Part shown: positions 1 through 9,972 of the stretch, piece after piece
Position numbering within the stretch: the stretch's first letter is position 1
How the letters are laid out: the number at the start of each line of letters is the position of its first letter
Source: an uncultured Phycisphaerales bacterium
Lineage (GTDB): Bacteria; Planctomycetota; Phycisphaerae; Tepidisphaerales; Tepidisphaeraceae
Direction of reading: 5' to 3'
Length of the DNA: 64,000 bases
Assembly: GCA_963758525.1 (NCBI GenBank)
Contig: CAVWVQ010000004.1
Span: forward strand, 1-64,000
Translations under genes and position numbers: made by a program
The notes under the pieces: model-generated
What the model saw: the letters and a program-made list of their open reading frames with translations, nothing else
Told to the model about the DNA's origin: nothing
The model's database searches: none

Positions 1-137
1 CTTTTCCAAATCTTGACATACTCGCCATTCAAGGTTTCTTGATGAGGATGGAGGCAACGCCTGCCGGGTTGGCGGTCCTGAAGGCGCAGTACAATGTTGC
101 GAGTACCGACAGAGAGGGTTGAAGTCGGGAGGCGAGA

Positions 138-2869
138 GTGAAGCTTGGAGGCAAACCGGTGTTTTGTAGATCGCGTTCTTGCGCTTCGGGCGTCGGATCG
201 CCCGGTGGGTTTCTCCTGGCTGTGGCTTGCCTTTTGAGCGTGCTGCCCGGAATGAGCCGGGCTGAGGTGATCTGGGTGGAGGGGGAAACCCCGATCCATG
301 CGTCGATGCACCGCCATCCGTGGTGGTATGACAAGGTGCAGCGCAACCAACTCTCCGGCGGCGACTTCATCAGCAATTGGGATCCCGATCACGCGGGGGA
401 GGCGACGTATCGGTTCACGGCTGCGACGGACGGCAACTACGAATTCTGGGTCCGAGCCAACCCGGTCGGCACGTCTTTGAAATATCGACTCAACGGCGGT
501 GATCTGACGCCGATCGATACCAGCAAAAATGTCGACAGCATCAACATTGCCGAGGGGAACGCGCTGGACGTGAGATTCATCGCGTGGATGGATGTGGGGA
601 AGGTCGCGCTGAAGAAGGGGACGAACACCATCGACTTCCGGATGGACAGCGCGAACAACCACCATGGCTATCTCGACTGCTTTGTGTTGACGACCGAGCC
701 GTTTGAACCGCACGGCAGTACCAAGCCAGGGGAGGTTGTTGCCGCCAGTAAGGCGCCGGAGGAACCGGGATGGTTTGCATTCGATCCGGGTCAGGATCCG
801 TTCAAGACGTGCGCGATCGATCTGCGGTTCATGAACGAACGTGCCGCCGGGGATGGGGGATTTATCGTCGCGAGGGATGGCGAGTTTGTTCATTCCGCAA
901 GCGGGAAGCCGTTGCGATTCTGGGCCGTCAACGGGCCACCCGCCGATATGAACGATCCTGGCGAGCTTGCTCGCGTGGCGCGCATGCTGGCAAAGCATGG
1001 GGTCAATCTCGTCCGGATTCACGGCGGATATTTTGACGAAGACGGGAATCTCGTTCCGGATCGGGTGAAGCGTGCGATCGCCGTGGTGAAGGCGATGAAA
1101 GCGGAAGGAATCTATTCGCACTTCTCGATCTATTTTCCTCTGTGGCTTCGGCCAAAGCCAAACATGCCGGGGCTGGAGGGATATGACGGGACGAAGAATT
1201 CCTTCGCGGTGCTTTTTTTCAATCCGCTGTTTCAGCAGCGTTACCGGAGTTGGTGGAAGGGCCTGCTGCTGACGCCCGACCCGACGACCGGGAGGCGATT
1301 GGTCGATGAGCCGGCGGTGTCGAGCGTGGAACTGGTAAACGAGGATTCCTATCTCTTCTGGACGTTTGATGCCAGGCAAATTCCTGATACGCAACTGCGG
1401 ATCATCGAAACGCAATTTGCCGGCTGGCTCACCAGGAAATACGGCAATAGCGAAGCAACGCTGGCCGCGTGGAACGGAGTGCGGGAGGAGCGCGACGATC
1501 CGGCCGACGGCCGGTTTGGCTTTCGGCCGCTCTGGAACATCGTCAATCAACGGACGCAGCGCGATCAGGACACCGTGGCGTTTCTCGTCCAGAGCCAGCG
1601 GACTTTCTACGCCAATACCATCCAGTTCCTCCGCGGCATCGGGTTCAAGGGAATGATTACTGCGTCGAACTGGATCACCGCCAGCCCCCGATACCTCGGG
1701 CCGCTGGAGAAGTATTCATACACCGTCGGGGATTTCGTGGATCGGCATGGCTACTTTGGAACCGATCGGACGGGAGAGAATGCCGGGTGGGCGATCCGCG
1801 ACGGGCAGACGTTTTTCGACCGCAGCGCGCTGCGGTTCGATCCCGAAGAGCCGGGAAAACCAAAGGCTTTGGTGAATCCGGTCATGGATCCGCATTATGA
1901 CAACAAGCCGTCGATGATTTCCGAAACGACCTTCGAGCGGCCCAACCGCTACCGATCTGAAGCTCCGCTGTATTACGCATGCTATGGGGCGCTGCAGGGA
2001 AGCAACGGCGTCGTCCATTTTGCACTGGATGGCGGCAACTGGAGCGTGAAGCCGGGCTATTTCATGCAGCCCTGGACGCTGATGACGCCGGCCATGATGG
2101 GCCAGTTTCCGGCGGCGGCACTGATTTTCCGCGATCGGCTCATCGGGGAGGGGGATGAATTGGTTCATCTGACGCTCAAGCCGGCCGAGCTGATGGAGCT
2201 TAAGGGGACACCGCTGGCGCAGGATGCTGCTGTCGATGCACTTCGGCTCAAAGACGTGCCGGGCGGATCGAACATCACCTCCGACACGGTCATCGATCCG
2301 CTGGTGCACTTTGCCGGGCGGACCAACGTCGCATTCAGCGACTCCGGCGGCAGATCGACCGTGGGCGACCTGTCCAGATATATCCATCACCAGCAACAGA
2401 CCGTGGTCAGCACGAATGGCCAGCTCACGCTCGACTACGGCAAGGGCGTTCTGACGATCAATGCGCCATGCGCCAGGGAATCAGCGGGGCCGTCAGCCAA
2501 GGCGGAACGGTGGAGCTTCGCGACGTGAGCATTGCTTCTCCGATGGCGCTTGGCCACGTCGTGGTCGTGAGTCTTGACGGCAAGCCGCTGGCGAGTTCCG
2601 GACAAATGCTGCTGCAAGTGATGTCGGAGGAGAAGTCGAGTCATTTCCAGACAGAGTCGCTCAAAAACGGTTTGACCAGGATCGTCAGCATCGGCCGGAA
2701 TCCCTGGGAAGTGAAAGACCTCGCCGGCACGGTCAGATTCAAGCGGGGAGCCGAGCTGAAGGCGACGCCTCTCGACTTCAACGGGTATCCGAAGCAGTCT
2801 GCTGCCTCGGCGGCGGAGCTGAAACTGGACGCGCGGACAATGTACTATCTGATATCGACAGGAACGTAG
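138..2869 (+). CDS. Secreted clan GH-A glycoside hydrolase (GH5/GH148-like) with N-terminal CBM-like module; split by a frameshift near 2473
   Basis: Signal peptide; motifs RFWAVNG, GVNLVRIH, ELVNEDS (acid/base), ISET (nucleophile). ORFs 138..2528 and 2468..2869 join if one C is restored in GCGCCAGG. Confidence 0.75.
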
Positions 2870-2937
2870 TCTGCCGCGGTTCGACGATGATGGATGATCT
2901 GTTGGTGGAATGGTTGGGGACCCGACGCCTTCTTACG

Positions 2938-3061
2938 CTCGAAATCACCCTCACCCCCGCCCTCTCCCGGAGCACCGGGAGAGGGAGTAGATCTGCCGAA
3001 ATATTGCATCCTCCGTTCCGCTCCCCACCTCGATCCTCCCCTCGAGTGCGAGGGGAGGAGG
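2938..3061. repeat. CCCTC-type palindromic REP-like elements
   Basis: caccctcacccccgccctctcccggagcaccgggagaggg and cctcccctcgagtgcgaggggagg hairpins; relatives at 6131-6249 and 55240-55370. Confidence 0.75.
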
Positions 3062-3502
3062 CAGGAGAGCATCCCGGAAGTTCGCGAACGCCCAAAACTG
3101 CGCGGATCTGGCGGGGGAAATCATCTTTATTCTCGTAGCGCAAGCTATTTTTTGTTATTTACGGACCGCTCGAATACGTAAAAATCTGTAAAGTTTTGTA
3201 AAGCGAACCGCTGATTCCCGGCGACGAACAAGGGTTGGCCACCCGGCGGTCACTCGCGTTGTCCCGGATTGTAAAGCGGCTGTTTGCCCGCTAGCAGCGC
3301 CTCGATCCTGGCCCGATGCCCCGGCGCACCGGCTCGCGGGACTTGTAACGCCCATCCTATCGGACGGGAGACGGGGCTGTGGCATCGGGGGGAGACCGCT
3401 CGGCAGCGAATGACAATTTTCGCTGCCGGCGAAGCGACGCGGCAAGCCGCCAAGCTCCCGGAGGATCGAACACGCCCTACGTAGACCACCCGGTCCTCAT
3501 CC

Positions 3503-3560
3503 TTCGTGCCTCCGTGCCTCCGTGCCTTGCCCTTCCCGTGCCTTGCCCTTCCCGTGCTTT
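3503..3560. repeat. Short tandem repeat (ccgtgcct / ccttgcccttcccgtg units)
   Basis: Directly visible iterated units upstream of the 3725 gene. Confidence 0.7.
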
Positions 3561-3573
3561 GCGTTGCATTTTC

Positions 3574-3603
3574 TTGACCCCGTGCCCGTCGAATCGGTAC
3601 AAT
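3574..3603 (+). promoter_or_regulatory. Sigma70-like promoter for the 3725 gene
   Basis: TTGACC-N18-TACAAT; GGAGG RBS at 3714-3718. Confidence 0.5.
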
Positions 3604-3724
3604 TTCCCTGCATCGTGTTGGCGGAGTCCGACCTTCGCAACTGCGGCGAGCGATTCCCGGCGGACGCCGGCGCTCGCCTTCCGGACACTCACCTTGTTGT
3701 CACAGCATCTATTGGAGGTCCAGC

Positions 3725-5161
3725 ATGGCTGCCGTTAGCCCCCAGGGGTCCAAGACGGGATTGATCGTCGCGCTTGTGGTTTTCGTCATCGGCTTTGTGG
3801 TCGCGACGATTTACGCGATTTACTACAACGCCCAGTGGGCCAAGGCCCAGGTCGACGCCGATCACGAGCGCACGACCCGGCTGCAATATGTGAACGAAGC
3901 TGACGTCACCAACCCGGATATTCAGAAGTACGTCGCCGCGGCAAAGAAGCCGCAGGCCGCAATCAACGTGGTGATTGCCGAGCGATCGCTGCTGGCGAAA
4001 GATATCTCCGGCAAGGCAGATATGTCCTCGACTCAGGCTGACGCCGCTGCCGCTGCCGCGCTGAAGTATGCGAGCGATCACCTTGCCAAAGTGCAGGGCG
4101 TGACCGTTCCCGGGGATCTGTCCGGCGCCATCAAGAGTCTTGCTGACGCGATCGTGACGGTCGATGCGGAGCGGGACAAGGCTCAGGCCGACGCCAAGGC
4201 CGCTGCCGACGCCGCCGCGCAGACCACTGCCGCGCGCGATGCGTTGCTCAAGGCCAAGGACGATCAGATGGCGCAGATCAGCGCCGACAAGGACAAGGCG
4301 ATCGCGGAAATCGAAGCCTGGCGCAAGGAGAAAGGGGAAAGCATCACGCAGATCAGCGCCGATGCCGACCAGAAGCAGAAGGATTTGCAGGCCGCTGCCG
4401 ACAAACTACAGACGGAAATCACCAAGCGTGACGGTCAGATCAAGGATTTGAACAAGAAGCTCGACGCCGTGATGCGCCGCCTGCACGACACGCACGTCAA
4501 CACCAACGAAGCGATCGTTCAGCAGTCCGATGGAAATATCCTCAGCGCCCCGACGCAGGACACTGTCTTCATCAACATCGGCCAGCAGCAGTCCGTGACG
4601 CTCGGGCTGACCTTCGAGGTCTACGACAAAGCCAAAGGCATTCCCCCCCTGGGAGACGGAATGCGCGACACGGAGATGCCTGAAGGAAAGGCGTCGATCG
4701 AAGTCATTCACGTGCTGCCCGCCAGCGCGGAGTGCCGGGTGGTGAAGCGCGCCCTGGGTGAAACCATCACCGAGGGGGACCTGATCATGAACCTGGTCTT
4801 CGATCCGCACACGCATTACAAGTTCATGGTGTACGGGAATTTCGACCTGAGCAACGAGGGCACTCCCTCGCCGGCCGATGCGGACGTCATCAAGCGGCTG
4901 ATCTCACAATGGGGAGGCCGGCTGGTCAATAGCGTTGACACCACGACCGACTTCGTCGTTCTCGGCGCCGAGCCGGTGGTTCCGGTTCTCAGCGCTGAGG
5001 ATCAGAACGACCCGCCGAAAGTTCAGAAGCGCGACGCGATGGCCGCGGCCCTTGACGCCTACACGGCGGTCCAATCCAAGGCCGTCGAACTCGGTATTCC
5101 GATCATGAATCAGAATCGCTTTCTCTACTTCATCGGATATTACGACCAGGCCGGAAGGTAA
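3725..5161 (+). CDS. Membrane-anchored coiled-coil protein with C-terminal BRCT-like domain
   Basis: N-terminal TM helix, long Ala/Lys/Asp heptad region, C-terminal LISQWGGRLVNSVDTTTDFVVLG...AVELGIPIMN; good RBS. Confidence 0.75.
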   Translation: MAAVSPQGSKTGLIVALVVFVIGFVVATIYAIYYNAQWAKAQVDADHERTTRLQYVNEADVTNPDIQKYVAAAKKPQAAINVVIAERSLLAKDISGKADMSSTQADAAAAAALKYASDHLAKVQGVTVPGDLSGAIKSLADAIVTVDAERDKAQADAKAAADAAAQTTAARDALLKAKDDQMAQISADKDKAIAEIEAWRKEKGESITQISADADQKQKDLQAAADKLQTEITKRDGQIKDLNKKLDAVMRRLHDTHVNTNEAIVQQSDGNILSAPTQDTVFINIGQQQSVTLGLTFEVYDKAKGIPPLGDGMRDTEMPEGKASIEVIHVLPASAECRVVKRALGETITEGDLIMNLVFDPHTHYKFMVYGNFDLSNEGTPSPADADVIKRLISQWGGRLVNSVDTTTDFVVLGAEPVVPVLSAEDQNDPPKVQKRDAMAAALDAYTAVQSKAVELGIPIMNQNRFLYFIGYYDQAGR

Positions 5162-5164
5162 TCG

Positions 5165-5794
5165 TTAACGACGTGGACCTGAGGATACTCGGCCCTGCAC
5201 CGCTCGACGGGCGTTGGCCGTTGGCGGCGCTGGACGCCGGCTCGCACCGGGCGCCGCCTGTGCGGCGGGATTGATCATCACCGTCTTCCGCAGCACCTGC
5301 TGCAACACCCGGCGATCCGCTTTCGAACGGGGATTCTGGACGGCCTTGCTCAGCAGGGAGGGACACAGCAACATCGTCAGCGGATTATGAACGCTATCGC
5401 CTCCGGGCACCGGCGTCTGCTCCGCCACCAGCTTCAGTTGCTTGATTTCGCGCGGACGCACCGGCACGCCCTTCATGATTTCCTTGATCAATTTGCCGTG
5501 ATGGTTCAGCGGCACGGGCGAAATCTCGCGTTTCCGCCGCTGGCTGAAAAGACACAGCAGGATGATCACCCCGCCGGTGACGCAAAGATAAAGCGTGAAT
5601 TTGCGCGAGTCGGTGGAGGAGCCGACGTTGTCCTGGATGCTCTTGAAAACTTCTTCCTGTGTTGGAGGATCGGCCAACGTGCATCGGGAAGCGAGCAGGA
5701 TTGTCAGCAGTGCGATGATGGACAGCACTCGTCGATCAACGTTCGCGCGCCGTCTGGGTCGCGGGTGAGCTTGATCGCTAGTGGTGCATTCCAT
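5165..5794 (-). CDS. Hypothetical membrane protein (may extend to 6316 through the repeat array)
   Basis: Two hydrophobic segments and a soluble C-terminal domain. ATG at 5794 is in frame; the frame stays open to an ATG at 6316. Confidence 0.6.
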   Translation of the reverse strand: MECTTSDQAHPRPRRRANVDRRVLSIIALLTILLASRCTLADPPTQEEVFKSIQDNVGSSTDSRKFTLYLCVTGGVIILLCLFSQRRKREISPVPLNHHGKLIKEIMKGVPVRPREIKQLKLVAEQTPVPGGDSVHNPLTMLLCPSLLSKAVQNPRSKADRRVLQQVLRKTVMINPAAQAAPGASRRPAPPTANARRAVQGRVSSGPRR

Positions 5795-5817
5795 TTGAAT
5801 TTGCGGGTCGGTTTCCT

Positions 5818-5887
5818 GTAGGGCGGGATTCATCCCGCCGTCGTCTGCGGCCTTACAGAAGGCGTGGCGGGACGAATCCCGCCCTAC
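5818..5887. repeat. GTAG-family REP doublet (REPIN-like)
   Basis: gtagggcgggattcatcccgcc ... ggcgggacgaatcccgccctac in inverted orientation; same element at 33538-33605. Confidence 0.85.
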
Positions 5888-6153
5888 GTGGTCGAACCGC
5901 ATTTTCAATGGGAATGAAGCACTACCTTCATCACCCCCTCTCCCGGTATTCCGGGAGAAGGCGTGGCGGGATGAATCCCGCCCCACGTGGTCGAACCGCA
6001 TTTTCAATGGGAATGAAGCACTACCTTCGTCGCCCCCTCTCCCGGTATTCCGGGAGAAGGCGTGGCGGGATGAATCCCGCCCCACGTGGTCGAACCGCAT
6101 TTTCAATGGGAATGAAGCACTACCTTCGTCGCCCCCTCTCCCGGTATTCCGGG
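5857..6153. repeat. Three tandem 99-bp units, each combining a GTAG-REP half and a CCCTC-type hairpin
   Basis: Copies begin at 5857, 5956 and 6055 and are near-identical; they read as a 33-aa repeat on the minus strand. Confidence 0.95.
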
Positions 6154-6249
6154 AGAGTTTTGGGGTGAGGGTGATTCTGGTCACCGACGGCACCCGTTGC
6201 TCAAAGACACCCTCACCCCAACCCTCTTCCGGGGTACCGGGAGAGGGGG
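6131..6249. repeat. Long CCCTC-type inverted repeat
   Basis: ccccctctcccggtattccgggagag..ggggtgagggtg ... caccctcacccc..ctcttccggggtaccgggagaggggg. Confidence 0.85.
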
Positions 6250-6326
6250 TAATGACGCGAGTTCCAAATGGGAAACGGCTCCGCCGGAACGCTTTCACTG
6301 CGAGTGCGATCAACATGCGCCAACTC

Positions 6327-8407
6327 CTATCCGGCGGCTTTGAGCCGCTTGGTGCGCGCCAGATCGGCGACGGAACGCAACACTGTCAGCGCGTATCGGC
6401 GGACCCGCTGGTCGGCATCCGATTTTGCGAGCTTCCCCACTTCCGCCAGTAATTGCCACATCCCGATCTTGTTCAGCGCCCACATCGCCGAGACGCGGTG
6501 CTGCGGGCGTTCATCGCGCAGCATTCCGATCAACTGCGCGTTGACGCCGCCGACCTTCATGGAATGCATCGCCTTGATTGCGTTGGCCCGCTCCCGGCTG
6601 TTGGCCGCGCGCGCCCGCTGCACCAGCACTTCCAGCAACTGCTCCTGCCCTTTGGTCTCCAGCACTTCAATGGCGTTGGCGCGGACGCGCGCATCGTTGT
6701 CGTTGAGCAATCGGTCCACCAGCAGTCCCGCCGGAACCCCCGTCATTTGCCCCACCGCGATCACCGCTTTGCTGCGCAGCCGCGGATGCGAATCGTTGCA
6801 GAGCAGGATGAGCGTATCGCGGAGTTGTTCGCCCAGATCCAGTTCCTGCGCCATCTGCATTGCCTTGGTGCGCTGCTCGACCGGCCCGGAAATCAGACGC
6901 CGTTGCAAACGCGCGACCGCGTCGGGCAGCAGCTTGAGCATGGCGCGTCCCGCCTGTCTGCGTGTCAGCCGATCCAGCTTGTCGAAGCGCTGCCAGTATT
7001 GATCGAATCCCGCCTGTCCGATCGCGCGGCTGATGACACGGCGCACCGAATCCGGCGCGTTGGTCATCAGTTGCAGCAGCAGCGCCTCATAATCCTTGGG
7101 CTTGCGCCGCACGATTTCGCGGGCTGCCATCCGAAGGAGCGCTCGTCCGGATCAGAGAGCATTCCCATGAAGACGCGCACCGACCCGTCGCGCTTCTTGC
7201 GCATCGCGACGCGCAGGAGCCGCAGCCGGCCTTCAACGCTTTCCCGGCAATGCCGAAGTAAATCTTCGATTCGTTCGTCCGCGAGTCCCTCGCTGAGTCC
7301 GGATGCGGCAAGCCATTCGCCGATCCGCGCCGCATCTTCCGGGGGGCGGCGTTCCAGATCGCGCCGCAGTTCGGAGGGCGTGTACCAGGTTCCGCGCGTG
7401 ACCTGATGCATGCAGAGCTGAAGCTGATGGTCTTTGAGCCAATGCGTCTTGCGCAGCAGCGCATCCAGCACCGGCGCCTCGTCGATGTGGGCGAAGATGA
7501 CGCCGAAATGAGAGCGGAGCTGTGAATGGCTTGCCGCCAGCAAAAACGCCTCGACGTGCTCGCTGGCCGGCGACTGCTGGAGCCGGCGGACCATCGAGCT
7601 TTGCGCGCCGTGCTTGTTGGTGCTGAGGATTTCCAGGGTCTTGCTGCCGGGCCAATCCGCCAGCAGCAATCCCGCCCGGAGCAGATCCTGCCCGTGCCGG
7701 CCGCGGTGCACGTCCATTGCCCGCGCCACCGCAGCTTCAATTTCCGGCCGCTGCACCATGAGGTCGGGGTAGGAGGAAACAGGGACGGAGGACAGAGGGA
7801 CTAAGGGACGAAGGGACAAAGGGACAAAGGGTGAGGAAATCCCATTGTCTGTGCGGGTCTTGAGTTCTTCTCGACCCTCCGTCCCTCTGTCCCCCTGTCC
7901 CTCTGTCCCTCCGTCCCTCTGTCCCTTAGTCCCTTCGTCCCTTAGTCCCTTCGTCCCTTCTTCTTCCCCCCCTTCCCTCTGCAACTTCCGAGTCTCCGTT
8001 GCGACCCAGCGCGCCAGGGCCGTCAGCGCCTCGATGGCTGCTTTTGAGATCGTCTCATCCGCCTCGTGGAGATTTTCGCAGAGCACGTACGCCAGCTTTC
8101 CCTGCCGGCCGAGGGCGATCAGCTTCATCGCCGCGAGACGCATCTCCGGGCGATCGCTGCGTCCGCACTCGCGCAACGCATGGTGAAACGTGCGAATCTT
8201 CCGCAGCACCTCCGATTGCAACGGCTCCGGCAGCGTCTGAAACCGCTCGATGACGCCGCCCAGTCCGCGCACCGTCGCCCGACGCAGCAGCGCTGCCAAT
8301 GCAATCTGCTGTTCGCGATCATTCCCAACCCACAGCGCCTCCAGCAGCACGTCATCCGCCGCTTCGTTCTTCGAGAGGACCAGCGCATGGATGAGGGCGT
8401 CCAACAT
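6327..8407 (-). CDS. HEAT-repeat protein; frameshift near 7140; carries an in-frame octamer-repeat insert
   Basis: HEAT motifs (LLNDNDARVRANAIEVL, LRDERPQHRVSAMWAL). ORFs 7067..8407 and 6327..7130 join with one restored base. Confidence 0.8.
7781..7960. repeat. Inverted arrays of 8-bp units (AGGGACNN / NNGTCCCT) inside a CDS
   Basis: Left arm 7781-7831, right arm 7875-7960; translated as GTKGLRDEGTKG...PFVPLSLRPLVPLS. Confidence 0.9.
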
Positions 8408-8484
8408 CGGTAGTACGTATTATCGGACGCTGCCGCCACCGGCCTTTAGACCGAGTACGGACGCCCAACAGCGGGGCGAAGTTC

Positions 8485-8605
8485 TGAAACGTGAAGACGT
8501 CAAAACTTGAAGACGTGAAACGTGAAGACGTGGAACGTGAGGAGGACGGCTGACTCACGTCTTCACGCTTCACGTTTCACGTCTCATCCCATCTTCTCAC
8601 GTTCC
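8485..8605. repeat. Inverted arrays of 7-8-bp units (ACGTGAA[G] / [C]TTCACGT), intergenic
   Basis: Left arm 8485-8540, right arm 8555-8605. Confidence 0.85.
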
Positions 8606-8687
8606 AATCACTAATCACCAATCCCCCCCCGTGGCTTGCATCTCCCCCTCAAATTGCTAACGTTCCCCGCTCTTCCCGGAGGTGCCG

Positions 8688-9913
8688 ATGTTTCCGCTTG
8701 CCGACCGAGTCCGGCTGGTTTCTGAATCGATTACACTGGCGGTCACCGCCAAGGCTGCCGCCCTGCGCAAGGCCGGCATCGATGTCGTCGGCTTCGGCGC
8801 CGGCGAGCCCGACTTTGACACCCCCGCCTTCATCAAGGACGCCGCCAAGGCCGCCCTCGACAAGGGGCAGACCAAGTACACGCCAACGCCCTGCTATCCC
8901 GAGCTGAAGGCTGCGATCGCCGAGAAGTTTAATCGCGACAATGGGCTCCCTTACAAGCCCGAGCAGATCACCACCGGCGCGGGCGGGAAGCACTGCCTCT
9001 ACATGGCGTTCATGGCCCTGCTCAATCCGGGAGACGAGGTGGTGCTCCCCTCTCCCTACTGGGTCTCCTATCCGGAGCAGGCAAAACTGGCTGGCGGCGT
9101 GACTCGGATCATCCGCGGCGAAGAGTCCAATGGTTTTAAGATCACCCCGGCTCAGCTTGCCGACGCGATTACTCCGCGAACGAAAATCTTCCTGATCAAT
9201 TCGCCCAGCAATCCTGCCGGCCACGCGTACACGCCGCAGGAGCTGAAGGCGCTGGCTGACGTCGTTGCCGCGCATCCCCATGTCGTGGTCTTCAGCGACG
9301 AGATTTACGAAAAGCTCGTCTACGACGGCCTGAGGTTTGTCAGCTTTGCGACGCTGCATCCAGCTCTGCTGGAGCGCACGCTCACGTTCAACTGCCACAG
9401 CAAGAGCTTCGCCATGACCGGCTGGCGCGTCGGTTATATCGGCGGCCCCAAGCCTGCCATTGATGCGATCAACAAGCTGCAATCGCAGATGACCAGCCAT
9501 ATCACCAGCTTCACGCAACTTCCCGCCGCGCTGGCGCTCACCGATCCGCGCGCGCCGAAAGCGTTGAAACCATGCGCAAAGAATTCGAGCTGCGCGGCCG
9601 ACACATGTGGGAACGGCTCAACGCCCTGCCCGGCGTGATCTGCGTCAAGCCGCAAGGCGCGTTTTACTGCTTCCCCAACATCAGCAGCACTTTTGGCAAA
9701 TCCGCCGGTGGAACGAAGATCACCGACGCCGTCAGCTTCTCCGCCGCCCTGCTCGAGCAGGCGCACGTCGCCGTCGTCCCGGGCAACGACAGCGGCTTCG
9801 AAACCCACGTCCGTCTCAGCTTCGCCACGAGCATGGCGAACATCGACAAGGGAATCGACCGCATCGCGAAGTTTCTCAAAAGCATTGACGGGATTACCGG
9901 CATCCCCGGTTAG
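8688..9913 (+). CDS. aspC: Class I PLP-dependent (aspartate) aminotransferase; frameshift near 9553
   Basis: GAGEPDFDTP, NSPSNPAG, SDEIY, SKSFAMTGWRVG, PQGAFY, VRLSFA. Two overlapping ORFs make one complete enzyme. Confidence 0.9.
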
Positions 9914-9972
9914 CCGCGACGCGCAGCGGAGCGAGTCCGGCCGCGGGGACAGCGAGCGCAAAGGTTGGTCGC

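Noticed and set aside
5857..6153. CRISPR array or type III TA RNA repeats
   Set aside because: Whole 99-bp units are repeated without unique spacers and are made of REP halves.
9540..9570. Programmed ribosomal frameshifting in aspC and the other split genes
   Set aside because: No slippery heptamer; the many unrelated genes affected fit sequencing error better.
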